From Dendrobates tinctorius (taxonomy: Eukaryota), in NCBI RefSeq assembly GCF_039654945.1, contig NW_027361853.1, positions 3,782,001-3,846,000 on the forward strand: 64,000 nt of DNA, written 5' to 3'. Positions 1-11,921 of this stretch are shown here, piece after piece (positions within the stretch are counted from its first letter, which is position 1; every line of letters starts with the position of its first letter). The notes under the pieces are model-generated. The model saw nothing but the letters and a program-made list of their open reading frames with translations, had not been told where the DNA came from and ran no database searches. A program made the position numbers and the translations under genes.

Positions 1-458
1 CAATCACACCTCCTCCTCCATGCTTCATGGTGGGAACCAGGCATGTAGAGTCCATCCGTTCACCTTTTGTGCGTCGCACAAAGACACGGTGGTTGGAACC
101 AAAGATCTCAAATTTGAACTCACCAGACCAAAGCACAGATTTTCACTGGTCTAATGTCCATTCAACAAGTCTCTTCTGCTTGTTGCCTATCTTTAAAGAG
201 GAGGATGAATGAACTCATGGAGATCAACATCCGACACTGCGGAGACACCATCACGTGTTTCTCAACGCAGTGATTCTAGAGCACTGCCCCCATCCCTTAT
301 GGGAAATATGTAAAACATGCAAAACAGAAGCCGCGGAGACACCATCACGTGTTTCTCAACGCAAGCAATGACCAGCCAGGTCTTTTCCCGGGAAGGAACA
401 ACCACGGGAAGGGCAGTCTCCAATGAAGGAAACCACCTATGCCAAAACATGGTATTCA

Positions 459-502
459 TCCACATACAGCTGTTTCGGGGTATTGCCCCTCATCAGTGTG
501 GA
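459..502 (-). ncRNA. Minimal type I hammerhead ribozyme
   Basis: Minus strand reads TCCACA-CTGATGA-GGGG caata CCCC-GAAA-CAGCTG-TA-TGTGGA: 6-bp stem I, intact core, 4-bp stem II, palindromic stem III, GUA cleavage triplet. Confidence 0.88.
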
Positions 503-884
503 GTAGGAAACTGGCTGATAGGAGCAATGCCTAGTAAACAGACTATAAAGAGGAGGATGAATGAACTCATGGAGATCAACATCCGACACTGCGGAGACAC
601 CATCACGTGTTTCTCAACACAGTGATTCTAGAGCACTGCCCCCATCCCTTATGACCTGGCTGGTCATTGCTTGCGTTGAGAAACACGTGATGGTGTCTCC
701 GCGGCTTCTGTTTTGCATGTTTTACATATTTCCCATAAGGGATGGGGGCAGTGCTCTAGAATCACTGCGTTGAGAAACACGTGATGGTGTCTCCGCAGTG
801 TCGGATGTTGATCTCCATGAGTTCATTCATCCTCCTCTTTATAGTCTTTTTACTAGGCATTGCTCCTACCAGCCAGTTTCCTAC

Positions 885-928
885 TCCACACTGATGAGGG
901 GCAATACCCCAAAACAGCTGTATGTGGA
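885..928 (+). ncRNA. Minimal type I hammerhead ribozyme, core mutated (GAAA>AAAA)
   Basis: Same motif as 459-502 but with aaaa at 911-914 in place of GAAA. Confidence 0.8.
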
Positions 929-1444
929 TGGATACCATGTTTTGGCATAGGTGGTTTCCTTCATTGGAGACTGCCCTTCCCGTGGTTGTTCCTTCCCGGG
1001 AAAAGACCTGGCTGGTCATTGCTTGCGTTGAGAAACACGTGATGGTGTCTCCGCGGCTTCTGTTTTGCATGTTGCCTATCTTTAGCAGTGGTTTCCTAGC
1101 AGCTATTTTACCATGAAGGCCTGCTGCACAAAGTCTCATCTTAACAGTTGTTGTGGAGACGTGTCTGCTGCTAGAACTCTGTGTGGCATTGACCTGGTCT
1201 CTAATCTGAGCTGCTGTTAACCTGCGATTTCTGAGGCTGGTGACTTAGATGAACTTATCCTCCGCAGCAGAGGTGACTCTTGGTCTTCCTTTCCTGGGGC
1301 AGTCCTCATGTGAGCCAGTTTCTTTGTAGCGCTTGATGGTTTTTGCCACTGCACTTGGGGACACTTTCAAAGTTTTCCCAATTTTTCAGACTGACTGACC
1401 TTCTTATCTTAAAGTAATGATGGCCACTCGTTTTTCTTTGCTTA

Positions 1445-1980
1445 GGCTGGTTTCACACTTACGTTTTATCGCGCAGCGCATTGTGCGCTATCGGTCGCAC
1501 GCGCAATTGTCCCCTATCTTTAAAATGGCGGGCGCAGTGTCCAGCGATTGCACGCGGGCCTCAGCGTTTGCGTGCGCTGCGCATTTTCCAGGTGTGCAAC
1601 CAGACGCGCCGGACGCTACATGTTGCATTTTTTGTTCTGCCCAACGTCGTTAAAAAATTGCATGCGCGCGTCAGCGCACGAAATGCGCAAAAAAATTGTA
1701 TTATAGTCTATGGTGTCGCTGACGTGCGCTGTGAAGCGCGCGCAATTTCAGAGTAAACAATGTCTAGACACTTGTTTAATACACCCCCTAAAAAAGCAAC
1801 ATTGTTTTGGAGGAGGGTAGATAAAAGAAGGGGTCTGTAGTGCCAGATCATTACTCTCCAGACAGACTGCAAGACAAAGAAGACAAGACAACACCCACCC
1901 AGCCTGAGACAATCCACTACTTTGGAGAACACAGCAGCTATAATGTGAGTATTCTAAAATCAATTTATGTGAGCCCGTCC
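1445..1980. mobile_element. MITE (PIF/Harbinger-like) inserted in the Tc1 element
   Basis: TTA at 1442-1444 and 1981-1983. Degenerate TIRs (ggctggtttcacac / atgtgagcccgtcc). The Tc1 sequence is continuous once it is removed. Confidence 0.65.
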
Positions 1981-2454
1981 TTAGCTGCTTTTTTCTTGCC
2001 ATAATACAAATTCTAACAGTCTATTCAGTAGGTCAGCTGTGTATCCACCAGACTTCTGCACAACACAACTGATGGTCTCAACCCCATTTATAAGGCAAGA
2101 AATCTCACTTATTAAACCTGACAGGGCACACCTGTAAAGTGAAAACCATTTCCGGTGACTACCTCTTGAAGCTCATCGAGAGAAAGCCAAGATGGTGCAA
2201 AGCAGTAATCAAAGCTAAAGGTCGCTACTTTGAAGAACCTAGAATATAAGACATACAGTATTTTCAGTTGTTTCACACTTTTTTTGTTAATTATATAATT
2301 CCACATGTGTTCATAGTTTTGATGCCTTCAGAGTGAATCTACAATTTTCATAGACATGAAAATAAAGAAAACTCTTTGAATGACAAGGTGTGTCCAAACT
2401 TTTGGTCTGTACTGTATGTTCTGGATTATAATGTGGTGCACCCTGTCCCTCATT

Positions 2455-4873
2455 TATTAACCCGCTATTAAGAAATCGTCCAAGTAAGGGATTATTAGGA
2501 TGTCTTGTTCCCTTAGGTGGGCCATCATCTCTGCTACTAGCTTTGTGAATATGCTTGGGGCTATAGATATTCCGAAAGGCAGGGCTCTGTATTGGAATTC
2601 CCCAATTTCCCCTCCTATGGGGAAATTTCCAGGAGTCTTTGTGAATGGGGTCATGAAACAGTTCGGGAACAGAATTTTGATGGTGGATTTTGATTCCATT
2701 TTGATTTTTGACATATCGATTTTAGTTTAGTTTCCGTAAATTTATTATTGTTCGATATGTGCCATCTGGTTTGGACACTATAAATAGCGGGGAGTAACCC
2801 TTTGCCCATCTCCTGAGGGGGAACCTCCTGAAGGACTGCTTTTTCTACTAGATTTAGGACCTCGCCTTCAAAAGCTTTTTATTCCCGTGCAGAGGATCTT
2901 AGTGGAGTAACCACATATATTTTGAGGTGGGAGAGAAAGTCTATCCGCAGGCCCTACTCAATTAGATTTAAGATCCAAGGGCTGTTCGAGATTTTTCCCC
3001 AGGCCAAAAGGAAAAGGGTTAATCTTCCCCCCACCCTGGGCAAACTGTCACTATGAGGATTTTTTGTCCCGGGAAGAACTGCTGAAGAGGAATCCTCTAT
3101 CCCTCTTTCTCCCCTCATCCTATCTGTTCTGTTCTCTCGATGGCTTTTTACAAAAAAACTTTTTGTTCCGAAAGGACCGTTTAAAGGCTGCAGGCACCAG
3201 TTTCGGAAATCCCTTTTTCTTATCCCCTGCTTTCTGGAGGATATCATCCCTGAAAAAAAATTTCCCCTCGCATGGAACTGAGCATAATTTAAGTTTAGTT
3301 TGTAAGTCCCCTGGCCAGCATTTGAGCCATAGTGCTCTCCGGGTTGCGTTTGAGAAGGCTGCCGCTTTAGACGTTAAGTGGACTGAGTCAGCCGACTAGT
3401 CCGCCAAGAAGGCTGCTGCTCCTCTTATCACTGGAAAAGATTCTAGAATTTTATCTCTAGGTGTGTCCTCCCTCAGCTGTTTCTCAAGTTGATCCACCCA
3501 TATCAGGATGTGGACGCCTCCTCCTCGAAAGAATATTTCCTTTTAAGAGAAGGGACCATGGAGTTCTTTCTGTCCTGCTTCTCCCAATCTTTTTTGATCA
3601 AGACCTGCACATTTTCATTTAGCGGAAATACCCTGAGTTTCTTTTGCCCAGTACCCCCAAACATTATGTCTTGAACTGACCTATCAGGGCGAGGGTCCAA
3701 TACCTCCATGGTAGATCTCACTGCTTTCACTAGTGTGTCCGCCTCGTCTAGGGAAAAGCAATGAGGCCCCCCCCCCCCCCCCGTTTCCTCATCTGAGGAT
3801 GAGGAGAAAGAGTCTGATATATCCAAGTTAATTTCTCCAGCTGTAGAGGGATCCGATTGGGAACCTAATAAGGTGTCCTTCTTTTTTACTTTATCCCCCT
3901 GTTTTAGAGATGTAAGGGCACTCTGGACCTCTGATCTAATTACAGCTCTAAGATCAGAGGCGAAATCTGGGGTTTCCTCGCAGAGTACTTCTTGTATACA
4001 AGATTCACAGAGCTTCTTATCCCATGATTCTGGTAAGGCTCTGTTAAAAGTGGGGCATTCCCTTTTCTTCCTTTTCCCTTTCTTTCCTTAATAAGGGAAA
4101 AGAAGCCTATTACAATGGTGAACATTCTCGAAGGTCACTCACCAGATGGATGCGGTCTCAGGTACCGGTTCGGTAGGTGAAACTGGATCCTGTATAGGAT
4201 GATCCAGGGGTGATGACTTGCTCCTTGCAGCTGATCTGCTGTGCTGCGTGGAGTGATTACTAGAACGAGTGTCTCGCCTGTCCCGATCCTCCTGTCGGTG
4301 GTGATGCTGCTGCTGGTTGCTATCCTCCATTTTGCACAGGACCGCTTCCAGCCAGGAGCATTTTCTAATGCTCAGTTTTAAATTTCCCGGCGTGTGACAT
4401 CACTTCCTCCCATCCTGCACCGCGTTTACCCGGGGAGCGCGCACCATGCATGCGCAGACTCAGGGACCCGGAAGGAGTCTTCTATTTCCGGGGCAGTGGC
4501 CATCTTAGTTCACCGCTGTGTATCCCAACACCGCAATCACGTGTGCATCTACCCGAGTCCCCGGCAGCCCCAGCCTCCTTTCCGGAGTGGCGGCTCCATT
4601 CTCCCCCCGCTCACCCTGCAGACACATCGGTCCCAGCGGTGACGGCTTCGGGACCCGCACGCGCCATGACAGGGGCCACCCCGCTGCCAGTATCCGGACA
4701 GGTCGGCCCCGGATCTTTTCGTTCGTCTTGTTCAGATACCGCAAACTGTAGGTCACCCGTCAGGGACAAGAAACCAACTGGGGCTGAGGAGAGATACTGC
4801 CCTTTTCTGTATGTTTCCTGTCCTTGAAGGGCGGATCCCCTCTCTCCGTGGTGCTGTCATGGGGATGGAGAAA
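2455..4873 (-). mobile_element. DIRS-like (tyrosine-recombinase class) retrotransposon, 5' part only, decayed
   Basis: RT fragment YRALPFGISIAPSIFTK...IIPYLDDFLI (2457-2714) and gag-like fragments (3503-3826, 2954-3247). The minus-strand terminus starts TTTCTCC at 4873. No recombinase region remains. Confidence 0.8.
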
Positions 4874-5146
4874 TAGGGTCACCGATCCCCCACCGGTACC
4901 TCGCTGCTTCCCTCCATGGCCTCCAGCGTCTTCTGGGAAGAAAATGGTGGGCGCATGCGTAGTGCGCCCACCGAGATCTGATGGCCAGCACCAGGCAACA
5001 ATAGACTTTTCCTATTGGTTCATTTTGGTCACTGTGATAGACCCTATCACAGTGATCAAATTAAAAAAAAATAGTAAATCAAACCCCCTGTTAACACCCC
5101 CTTAGGGAAAAATAATAAAATAAAAAGTATTTATTTTATTTTCCCA

Positions 5147-5362
5147 TTAGGGTTAGACTTGGGCTAAAGTTAGGGTTGGGGCTAAAGTTAGGTTTAGGGT
5201 TGGGGCTAAAGTTGGGATTAGGGTTAGGGTTGGGATTAGAGTTAGGTTTGTGGCTAGGGTTATGGTTGGGACTAGGGTTAGGGGTGTGTTGGGTTTAGGG
5301 TTGTGGTTAGGGTTGGAATTAAATGTATGTTGGGGTTAGGGTTGGAATTAGAATTGAGGGGT
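5147..5362 (+). repeat. Degenerate telomere-like (TTAGGG/TTGGGG)n tract
   Basis: Many ttaggg, ttgggg and ttggga units interspersed with ctaaag. Confidence 0.85.
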
Positions 5363-6165
5363 TTCCGCTGTTTAGGCACATCAGGGGCTCTCCATACGCG
5401 ACATGGCGTCCAATCTCAATTCCAGCCCATTCTGCGTTGAAAAAGTAAAACGGTGCTCATTCACTTCCGAGCTCTGCTGTGCATCCAAACAGTGGTTTAC
5501 CCCCACATATGTGGTATCGGCGTACTCAGGACAAATTTCTCAACAACTTTGGAGTTCTAATTTCTCCTGTTACCTTTGGAAAAATAAAAATTTGTGGGCG
5601 AAAGAATCTTTTGTGGAAAAAATGATTATTTTCACTGCTCTAAGTTATAAACTTCTGTGAAGCACTTGGGGGTTCAAAGTGCTCACCACACATCTAGATA
5701 AGTTCCTTGGGGCGGTCTAGTTTCCAAAATGGGGTCACTTGAGGGGGGTTTCTGTTTAGGCACAGCAGGGGCTCTGCAAACATAACATGACGAAATGAGA
5801 TGAGTAGTTCCAGCAGCGTTAAAATGTAATGACTTGCTTTATTTCTTCTCATTAAAAACAAATGGTCAGATGACAAATTCACTCTCCAGGACTACTGCCA
5901 ATACACATGGGACAAGCTTTACGCGCTTCGATCTATGCGATCTTTATCAAAAGCCATGTCCATTCTTCCGACACAGAGTTCTATATAGAAAGAACTAACC
6001 ACTAGTATTGCAGTATTAAATCACATGACAAACACATACCGGTATGTGAAATCAGAAAGAACAAACATAAAAATCCAATAGAACGTTTAGAAAAGCTATT
6101 GCTTACGCCTTATCCAAATTATAAACACATTAGTTTAATTATAATGAAGCGCTAAATCATTGAGC

Positions 6166-7628
6166 TTATTTAAGCCATGTGGAAATCTTGTGTTTAAACG
6201 ATATATCCAATACGCTTGTGAGAAGTAGTCTTCTGGCATCCCCCATACACCACATTTGTGGAATTACAGTTAATATAACTCCTAATTTTATTTTAATCGT
6301 ATGTTTATTATGACTGCTAGTAGCATGAAGAACCGTATTTCCACTGAGCGGACTGGACTGAATGGAATGGTTGGAAATACCAACCAATTCCAAATCCAAG
6401 AATGAAATTTTATTGGCGTCATATTTACACGTAAACCTAATATTAAAGTCATTACGGTAGAATTCAAATAGTTCACAAAGTCCGGTATGGCAAATACACT
6501 CCCCCCCCCCCCCCCCCCCAAATAATGAGGGTATTATCGATGTATCTGCCATACCCGGCAAGTATTCAGAAAAAGGATTAGAGGCTGAGAATATGAATTG
6601 CAATTCCCAAAAAGACATCACCAAATTTGCCAATAAAGGCGAAAATTTCGCCCCCATGGCCACGCCTGTTTTCTGTAGATTGCACTCACCATTAAATGCA
6701 AAGAAATTATGAGACAATAAAAAACTAACCACCTGAAGAATGTAATCTATTAAGTTCACTGTATATTCACTGTATTTGTACAAATAAAACTTCAATGCCT
6801 GAATAGCCAATTTATGCGGAATACACGTATAAAGGGATGCTACATCACAGCATACCCAAGATAACCAAATTTTTTCCGAAAAAAATTCCAAAACTTGTTT
6901 GGAATCTCTTATATGACCAGGGGATTGTTTAACAAGCGGCTGTAGAAGTGAGTCTACCCATTGGCATAAATGCTCGTTTGCAGAGACTATTGGGCGCATA
7001 GGAGGTATTCCTTGCTTTTTACGTATTTTAGGAACCCAATGAATAAAGGGTAAAATTGGGTTTTTAACCTCCAAAAATTCTGCTTGTTGGGCAGTCAAAA
7101 CCCCCAGACTCAAACCATCTCTGATGACCATGACACTCTTATCCCTAAACTCATACAAAGGGTTGTGAGATAATTTCTCATACACAGCACAATCAGATAA
7201 CAGCTGCATCATACTGTCATAATAATCAGTAGAGTCTAAGACTACTACCACTAAACCCTTGTCTGACATCTTAATTGTTAGATCTGTCATATCTTGTAAC
7301 TCTTTAAGCGCTGCAAATTGCTTCTTAGAGAAATTTCTCTTTCCATGATTCACTCTGGACTTATTATATAACACAAGCAATTCCTGCTCAGCCAGATCTT
7401 GGAACCGGTCCATACATTCTGACCTGGTCTGAACCGGGTAAAAATATGGATTCTTCGTAGAAAAACTATACGATAAATCAGTACTCTGGATTTTTTTAGA
7501 CGATTCCGAGTCCAAGAGCTGCAGAGTAACCAACGCCGCTTGTTCTTTGAAGTCCAAATTGGCAAATTCATTCTGCAGATTTTCACCAGCATGAAGTAAA
7601 AGTTGGTCCTGATGTTCCTCCACAGGTA
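6166..7628 (-). pseudogene. PLE reverse transcriptase, frameshifted and internally deleted (left arm)
   Basis: ORF 6166-7665 carries PLE RT motifs but leaves frame at the YIDD motif. It has deletions near 6301 and 6245 relative to the plus arm. Confidence 0.85.
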
Positions 7629-7698
7629 CCCTTTGTATGAGTTTAGGGATGAGTGTCATGGTCATCAGAGATGGTTTGAGTCTGGGGGTTTTGACTGC

Positions 7699-9321
7699 AC
7701 AAAAATTCTTAATAAATATAATTCTGGATTAATTATTCAACGGCTCATATACAAAAAAAATTAATCCTTAAAAGATACTAATGTACATTTCTCACATCAC
7801 AGAACGCTGCTATTACCTCTAATCCCCCACAACAACCCATTTTTCATATTGTATCATGCCCAAAACAATAAGCCATTGATCACTCAGGCTCAAAATTGCA
7901 CTGTCCCAAAAAAAAAAAAAAAAATCAGCAAATTAACAAATATGTACGAACTTAGCTCATGGCCACTGAAAAATCACCTCAATATATACTGTATAGCACG
8001 TGGGGTAATAGTACTTTGACAAAGGCAGTTTCAAATAAAGGGGGTAAGGTACCAATCAAAACAGATATACAACCATCTGAGTATTCTTAAACAGCATTAA
8101 TAAACATTTCTCAAATCACCAACCGCTGCTATTACCTCTAATCCCCCATAACAGCACATTTTCATATTGCTTCATGCCCAAAATTGACAAATAATTTTGT
8201 TGATTTAATACCTGGGGATAGTGTAATTTGAGCCGGGTGATCAATGGCTTATTGTTTTTGGGCATGAAGCAATATGAAAATGTGCTGTTATGGGGGATTA
8301 GAGGTAATAGCAGCGGTTGGTGATTTGAGAAATGTTTATTAATGCTGTTTAAGAATACTCAGATGGTTGTATATCTGTTTTGATTGATATCTTACCCCCT
8401 TTATTTGAAACTGCCTTTGTCAAAGTACTATTACCCCACGTACTATATACAGTATATTGAGGTGATTTTTCAGTAGCCATGAGCTAAGTTCTTACATATG
8501 TTAATTTGCTGTTTTTTTCTTTTTTGTTTTTTTTTTGGGACAGTGCAATTTTGAGCCTGAGTGATCAATGGCTCATTGTTTTGGGTATGATGCAATATGA
8601 AAAATGTGTTGTTGTTGTTGGGGATTAGAGGTAATAGCAGCGTTCCGTGATGTGAGAAATGTACATTAATGCTGCTTAAGAACATTTAAATGATTGTGTA
8701 TCTGTTCTGATTGATATCTTACCCCCTTTACTTGCAACTGCCTTTGCTAATGCACTATTATCCCGTACACTGTATACATTGGTTTGCAGATACATTTTAT
8801 TATTATTATTATTATTAAAACATTTTTTGTCTTTGGGGGGGATTTTTCAGAGATAATTCTAAGTTATTACCCCTGTCTCCCTTGGCCATATGTTCTGACA
8901 CCCTCTTTCCTCTTTCTGGGTGAGAAGTGTAGGGGTCAGTAAGGGTCAGCCCACGTGGAGCAGGGGCACCAGAGTAACGTAGGGTGTAAAAGCTCCGCTG
9001 TCAGGCAGGGAGACACCTAAATAGGGTTATTTAGACCCCTTTTCCTCCCAAAGCAAATGTTTACAAATCTGCCAAAAATCAGAGTTTTTTCCAGTTACTA
9101 TTCCTCACATTTTTGTCTTGGTGGTTTGTGGCATGGGGTTATCATCTGTTAGATTTTTGTCCCCGGCCATCTGTTGTACTCCAAGCTGATGTTGTTTAGA
9201 TAGGAGTCAACAGGATGATTAGGGAGAGCCGCTGACGAGCGGGGGCGCCATTTGCGTATCAAGAGGGTGCCAACCTCCGCTGTCAGGTAGGAGAGAGATA
9301 TAGGGCCCTATAGGGACAAAT
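7699..9321. mobile_element. Non-coding fold-back insertion with ~320-bp tandem units, nested in the PLE RT
   Basis: 13-bp target duplication gggttttg(a/c)ctgc (7686-7698, 9322-9334). About 7740-8187 is an inverted copy of about 8235-8700. Unit marker cgctgctattacctctaatcccc occurs at 7805 and 8124, and its complement near 8292 and 8619. Confidence 0.75.
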
Positions 9322-9522
9322 GGGTTTTGCCTGCCCAACAAGCAGAATTTTTGGAGGTTAAAAACCCAATTTTACCCATTATTCATGGGGTTCCTAAAAT
9401 ACATAAAAAGCAAGGAATACCTCCTATGCGCCCAATAGTCTCGGGCATAGGCTCTGCAAACGAGCATTTATGCCAATGGGTAGACTCACTTCTACAGCCC
9501 AAAAAAGGAGGACTTCACTGCC

Positions 9523-10669
9523 TTGATCTCATGGTCTCGCTATATCGACGATATACTGTTTATATGGCAGGGAACTGAAGCGTCATTGAATTTTTTTATT
9601 GAGAAGTTAAATGACAATCAGCTTAATATCAAATTAAAGTACAGTAAAAAACAAATTGAGTTCTTGGACGTTATGCTGGAGGTCGATGAATCCAATTTTA
9701 TTACTATGGATGTGTTCCGTAAAGTGACAGCAACAAACTCTCTTCTGCACGCCACGTCGGCACATCACCCACAGACGGTGAGGGCGATACCGGTGGGTCA
9801 ATTTCTGCGTATGAAACGAATATGTTCAGATAACATCAAATTTCACAAACAAGCAGATATTCTTACTTCCAATCTTAAACAAAGGGGGTACAACCATAAA
9901 ACAATTAGAGCTGGGTATAGACGGGCTCAATTTACACCCAGAAATGAACTTCTAATAGAAAAGCAAAAAGCAGTGGTTGAACAACTAGTGCGCCTTATCA
10001 CGACCTTTAACTCTAGATGGACTGACATCATGGATGTACTAAGGAAACATTGGTCGATTCTTAGGGCCGATGATGACCTTTGTAGATTTTTGCCAACTAA
10101 ACCGAGTGTGTCTTGGAGACGATCAAAAAATTTGAAAGATCTATTGACACGGAGCCACTATGTGGCCCCACAGAAGTCGTTCTTTTCAGAAAGAGCAGGT
10201 CCCAAATGGGGATGTTTCCAGTGTGGAAACTGTTCAGCATGTAACTATGTAGAGAGAACATTTTCATTTGATAACAGCGAGGCCACAAGAACATACACAC
10301 TTACTCACCATGTTACATGCACTACAGATATGGTAGTGTATTACGCCTATTGTCCGTGTAAATTTATTTACATTGGAATGACAACCAGACAATTAAACGA
10401 GGATTTTAGAACATGTGAGAGATATTAAAAATGCGGCAACGGTGGAGGATCTATCGATTCTTAAAACCATTCCAAGACACTTTCGTTTGTGTCATAACAG
10501 TAATCCCAAATATCTTAAAGTGAAAGGTATAGATAGGGTACAGCTAGGTATTCGGGGAGGTGATTATAGGAAGGAGTTACTTAAAAGAGAAACCAAATGG
10601 ATGGTTGTTCTAGATACATGTGCCCCTAAGGGCCTAAACGAAACATTGAGCTTTCAGCCCTTTCTTTAA
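9523..10669 (+). pseudogene. PLE RT C-terminus plus GIY-YIG endonuclease, one frameshift near 10400
   Basis: WSRYIDDILFIW, thumb region, Cys motif, VVY..CPC.FIYIGMT, and ...RETKWMVVLDTCAPKGLN in the next frame. Confidence 0.85.
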
Positions 10670-11890
10670 GTAAGCGCGAATTTTATTGTATATAGTTTTG
10701 GATTTATTTTTTTGCTTAGTTTAATTGGCACATTTGGGCTCTCTGACCCTTAGACTTCTGCATGTTTACTCATTTAATATTTACCCTCCCATTTAGAGAT
10801 CGATATATGGATCTGGTAGACGGGATATGTCTTCTGATGGGAAAGCTGGAGGAATCATTATCCTGGGCAACCATCTGGAATTCCTGTTATGGAAGAATTT
10901 CTTCACAAATGATCAGTGCGATATATATGAATATTTGTAATCTGTGATAATGGTGATTTTTCTTTTATACACCTGGGTACTAATGCCAATCATGAGCTGT
11001 TATGATATATTTTATGAATACCTATTTGTTTGTGCCATATATTTCCACAATATGGGGTTTTATTGTGTGATGGGTGCGGCATATATACAGGTATATATGA
11101 AGATTTGCAATCTTTGACAACTGCAGTATTCTATATATATTTTTTAATTATGTGCCTAGATGGCATTCTTTGTGAATGCCTACTGGGTTATTTATCTCTT
11201 CATTATGGAGAGCTGTTATATGATGGATGCTGCATATATATGGATATTATGTCAATTGTGACCCTTTATGATGTTTTAAGGGACTGTCTACTTATATGCG
11301 CTATATGCTCTGTTAATATGGAGATTTGATATGTGACGGTCTCTATTTGTGATGTATACTATATAATATTCTGATATACGTATAATTATATAACTGCATG
11401 ATTCACATTGTTGTTTCTTTGCTAAGCACTGATTTACTATCTATAATGTATCCTGTCTGCCTTTTTGTATTCTTGAGTAGAAATTATGTACTTACTTATT
11501 TAGATAACGGATTTTGATGATCCTCTTTATCAGTGGGATGGATATAAAATGAATTAGAGCTGAATAATCCAGTTACACAGCAGATATATAGCCCGTTTTG
11601 GGCAGTGATATTGGTGTGGGATATCTGGCCTTAAGTATCTTGTTCATTTGGGGCTCTATTGTGGGTCTCTCTGTGATCACGGGCTTGAGCGCACACCGCG
11701 CATGCGCTGTGTTGCGGTGGGGTGGCCAGCGTTCGTGTGGGTGCTGCGTCGCTAGGTTACATGCCTGGTCACGTGACCGGATCATGTGATCTGGTGACGC
11801 GTGCCCTGAGCGCCGTCCCCCCCGCCGCGTCACAACATGGCGGTGATGCGCCGCACACAGCTGCTGATGTTTAGAGATACATGCAGGGGC

Positions 11891-11898
11891 TATATAAA
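11891..11898 (+). promoter_or_regulatory. TATA box in the PLE pseudo-LTR
   Basis: TATATAAA after a CpG-rich stretch, about 25 nt upstream of the hammerhead. Confidence 0.5.
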
Positions 11899-11921
11899 GG
11901 GGTCAGTTTTGATGCTTACAT

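Larger units (their letters stand above)
196..1069. mobile_element. Non-coding hammerhead-ribozyme tandem repeat (non-LTR retrozyme-like), 352-bp monomer, inserted as two inverted arms (196-652, 653-1069)
   Basis: 352-bp period in both arms (aagaggagg at 196/548; gacctggctgg at 653/1005). 15-bp target duplication tgttgcctatcttta at 181-195 and 1070-1084. One hammerhead per arm. Confidence 0.85.
1..2414 (-). mobile_element. Tc1/mariner-like DNA transposon, decayed, left part outside window; interrupted by two insertions (196-1069 and 1445-1980)
   Basis: Minus-strand transposase fragments (MARKKQL..., GLHGKIAARKPLL). Terminal repeat ends ...ggtctgtactg|TA at 2414-2416. Near-identical to the copy at 25256-27204. 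Confidence 0.9.

Noticed and set aside
5147-5362. True telomere or chromosome-fusion scar
   Set aside because: The tract is short, highly degenerate, single-orientation and embedded in repeat sequence.
6166-7665. 499-aa ORF as a functional RT
   Set aside because: Its N-terminus comes from the inversion junction, it leaves frame at the catalytic YIDD motif, and the endonuclease is deleted.
8942-9296. HDV-like or hairpin ribozyme assignment for the repeated motif
   Set aside because: The visible pairings are simply nested. I see neither the HDV double pseudoknot nor the hairpin-ribozyme AGAA loop and loop B, so it is kept as unclassified.
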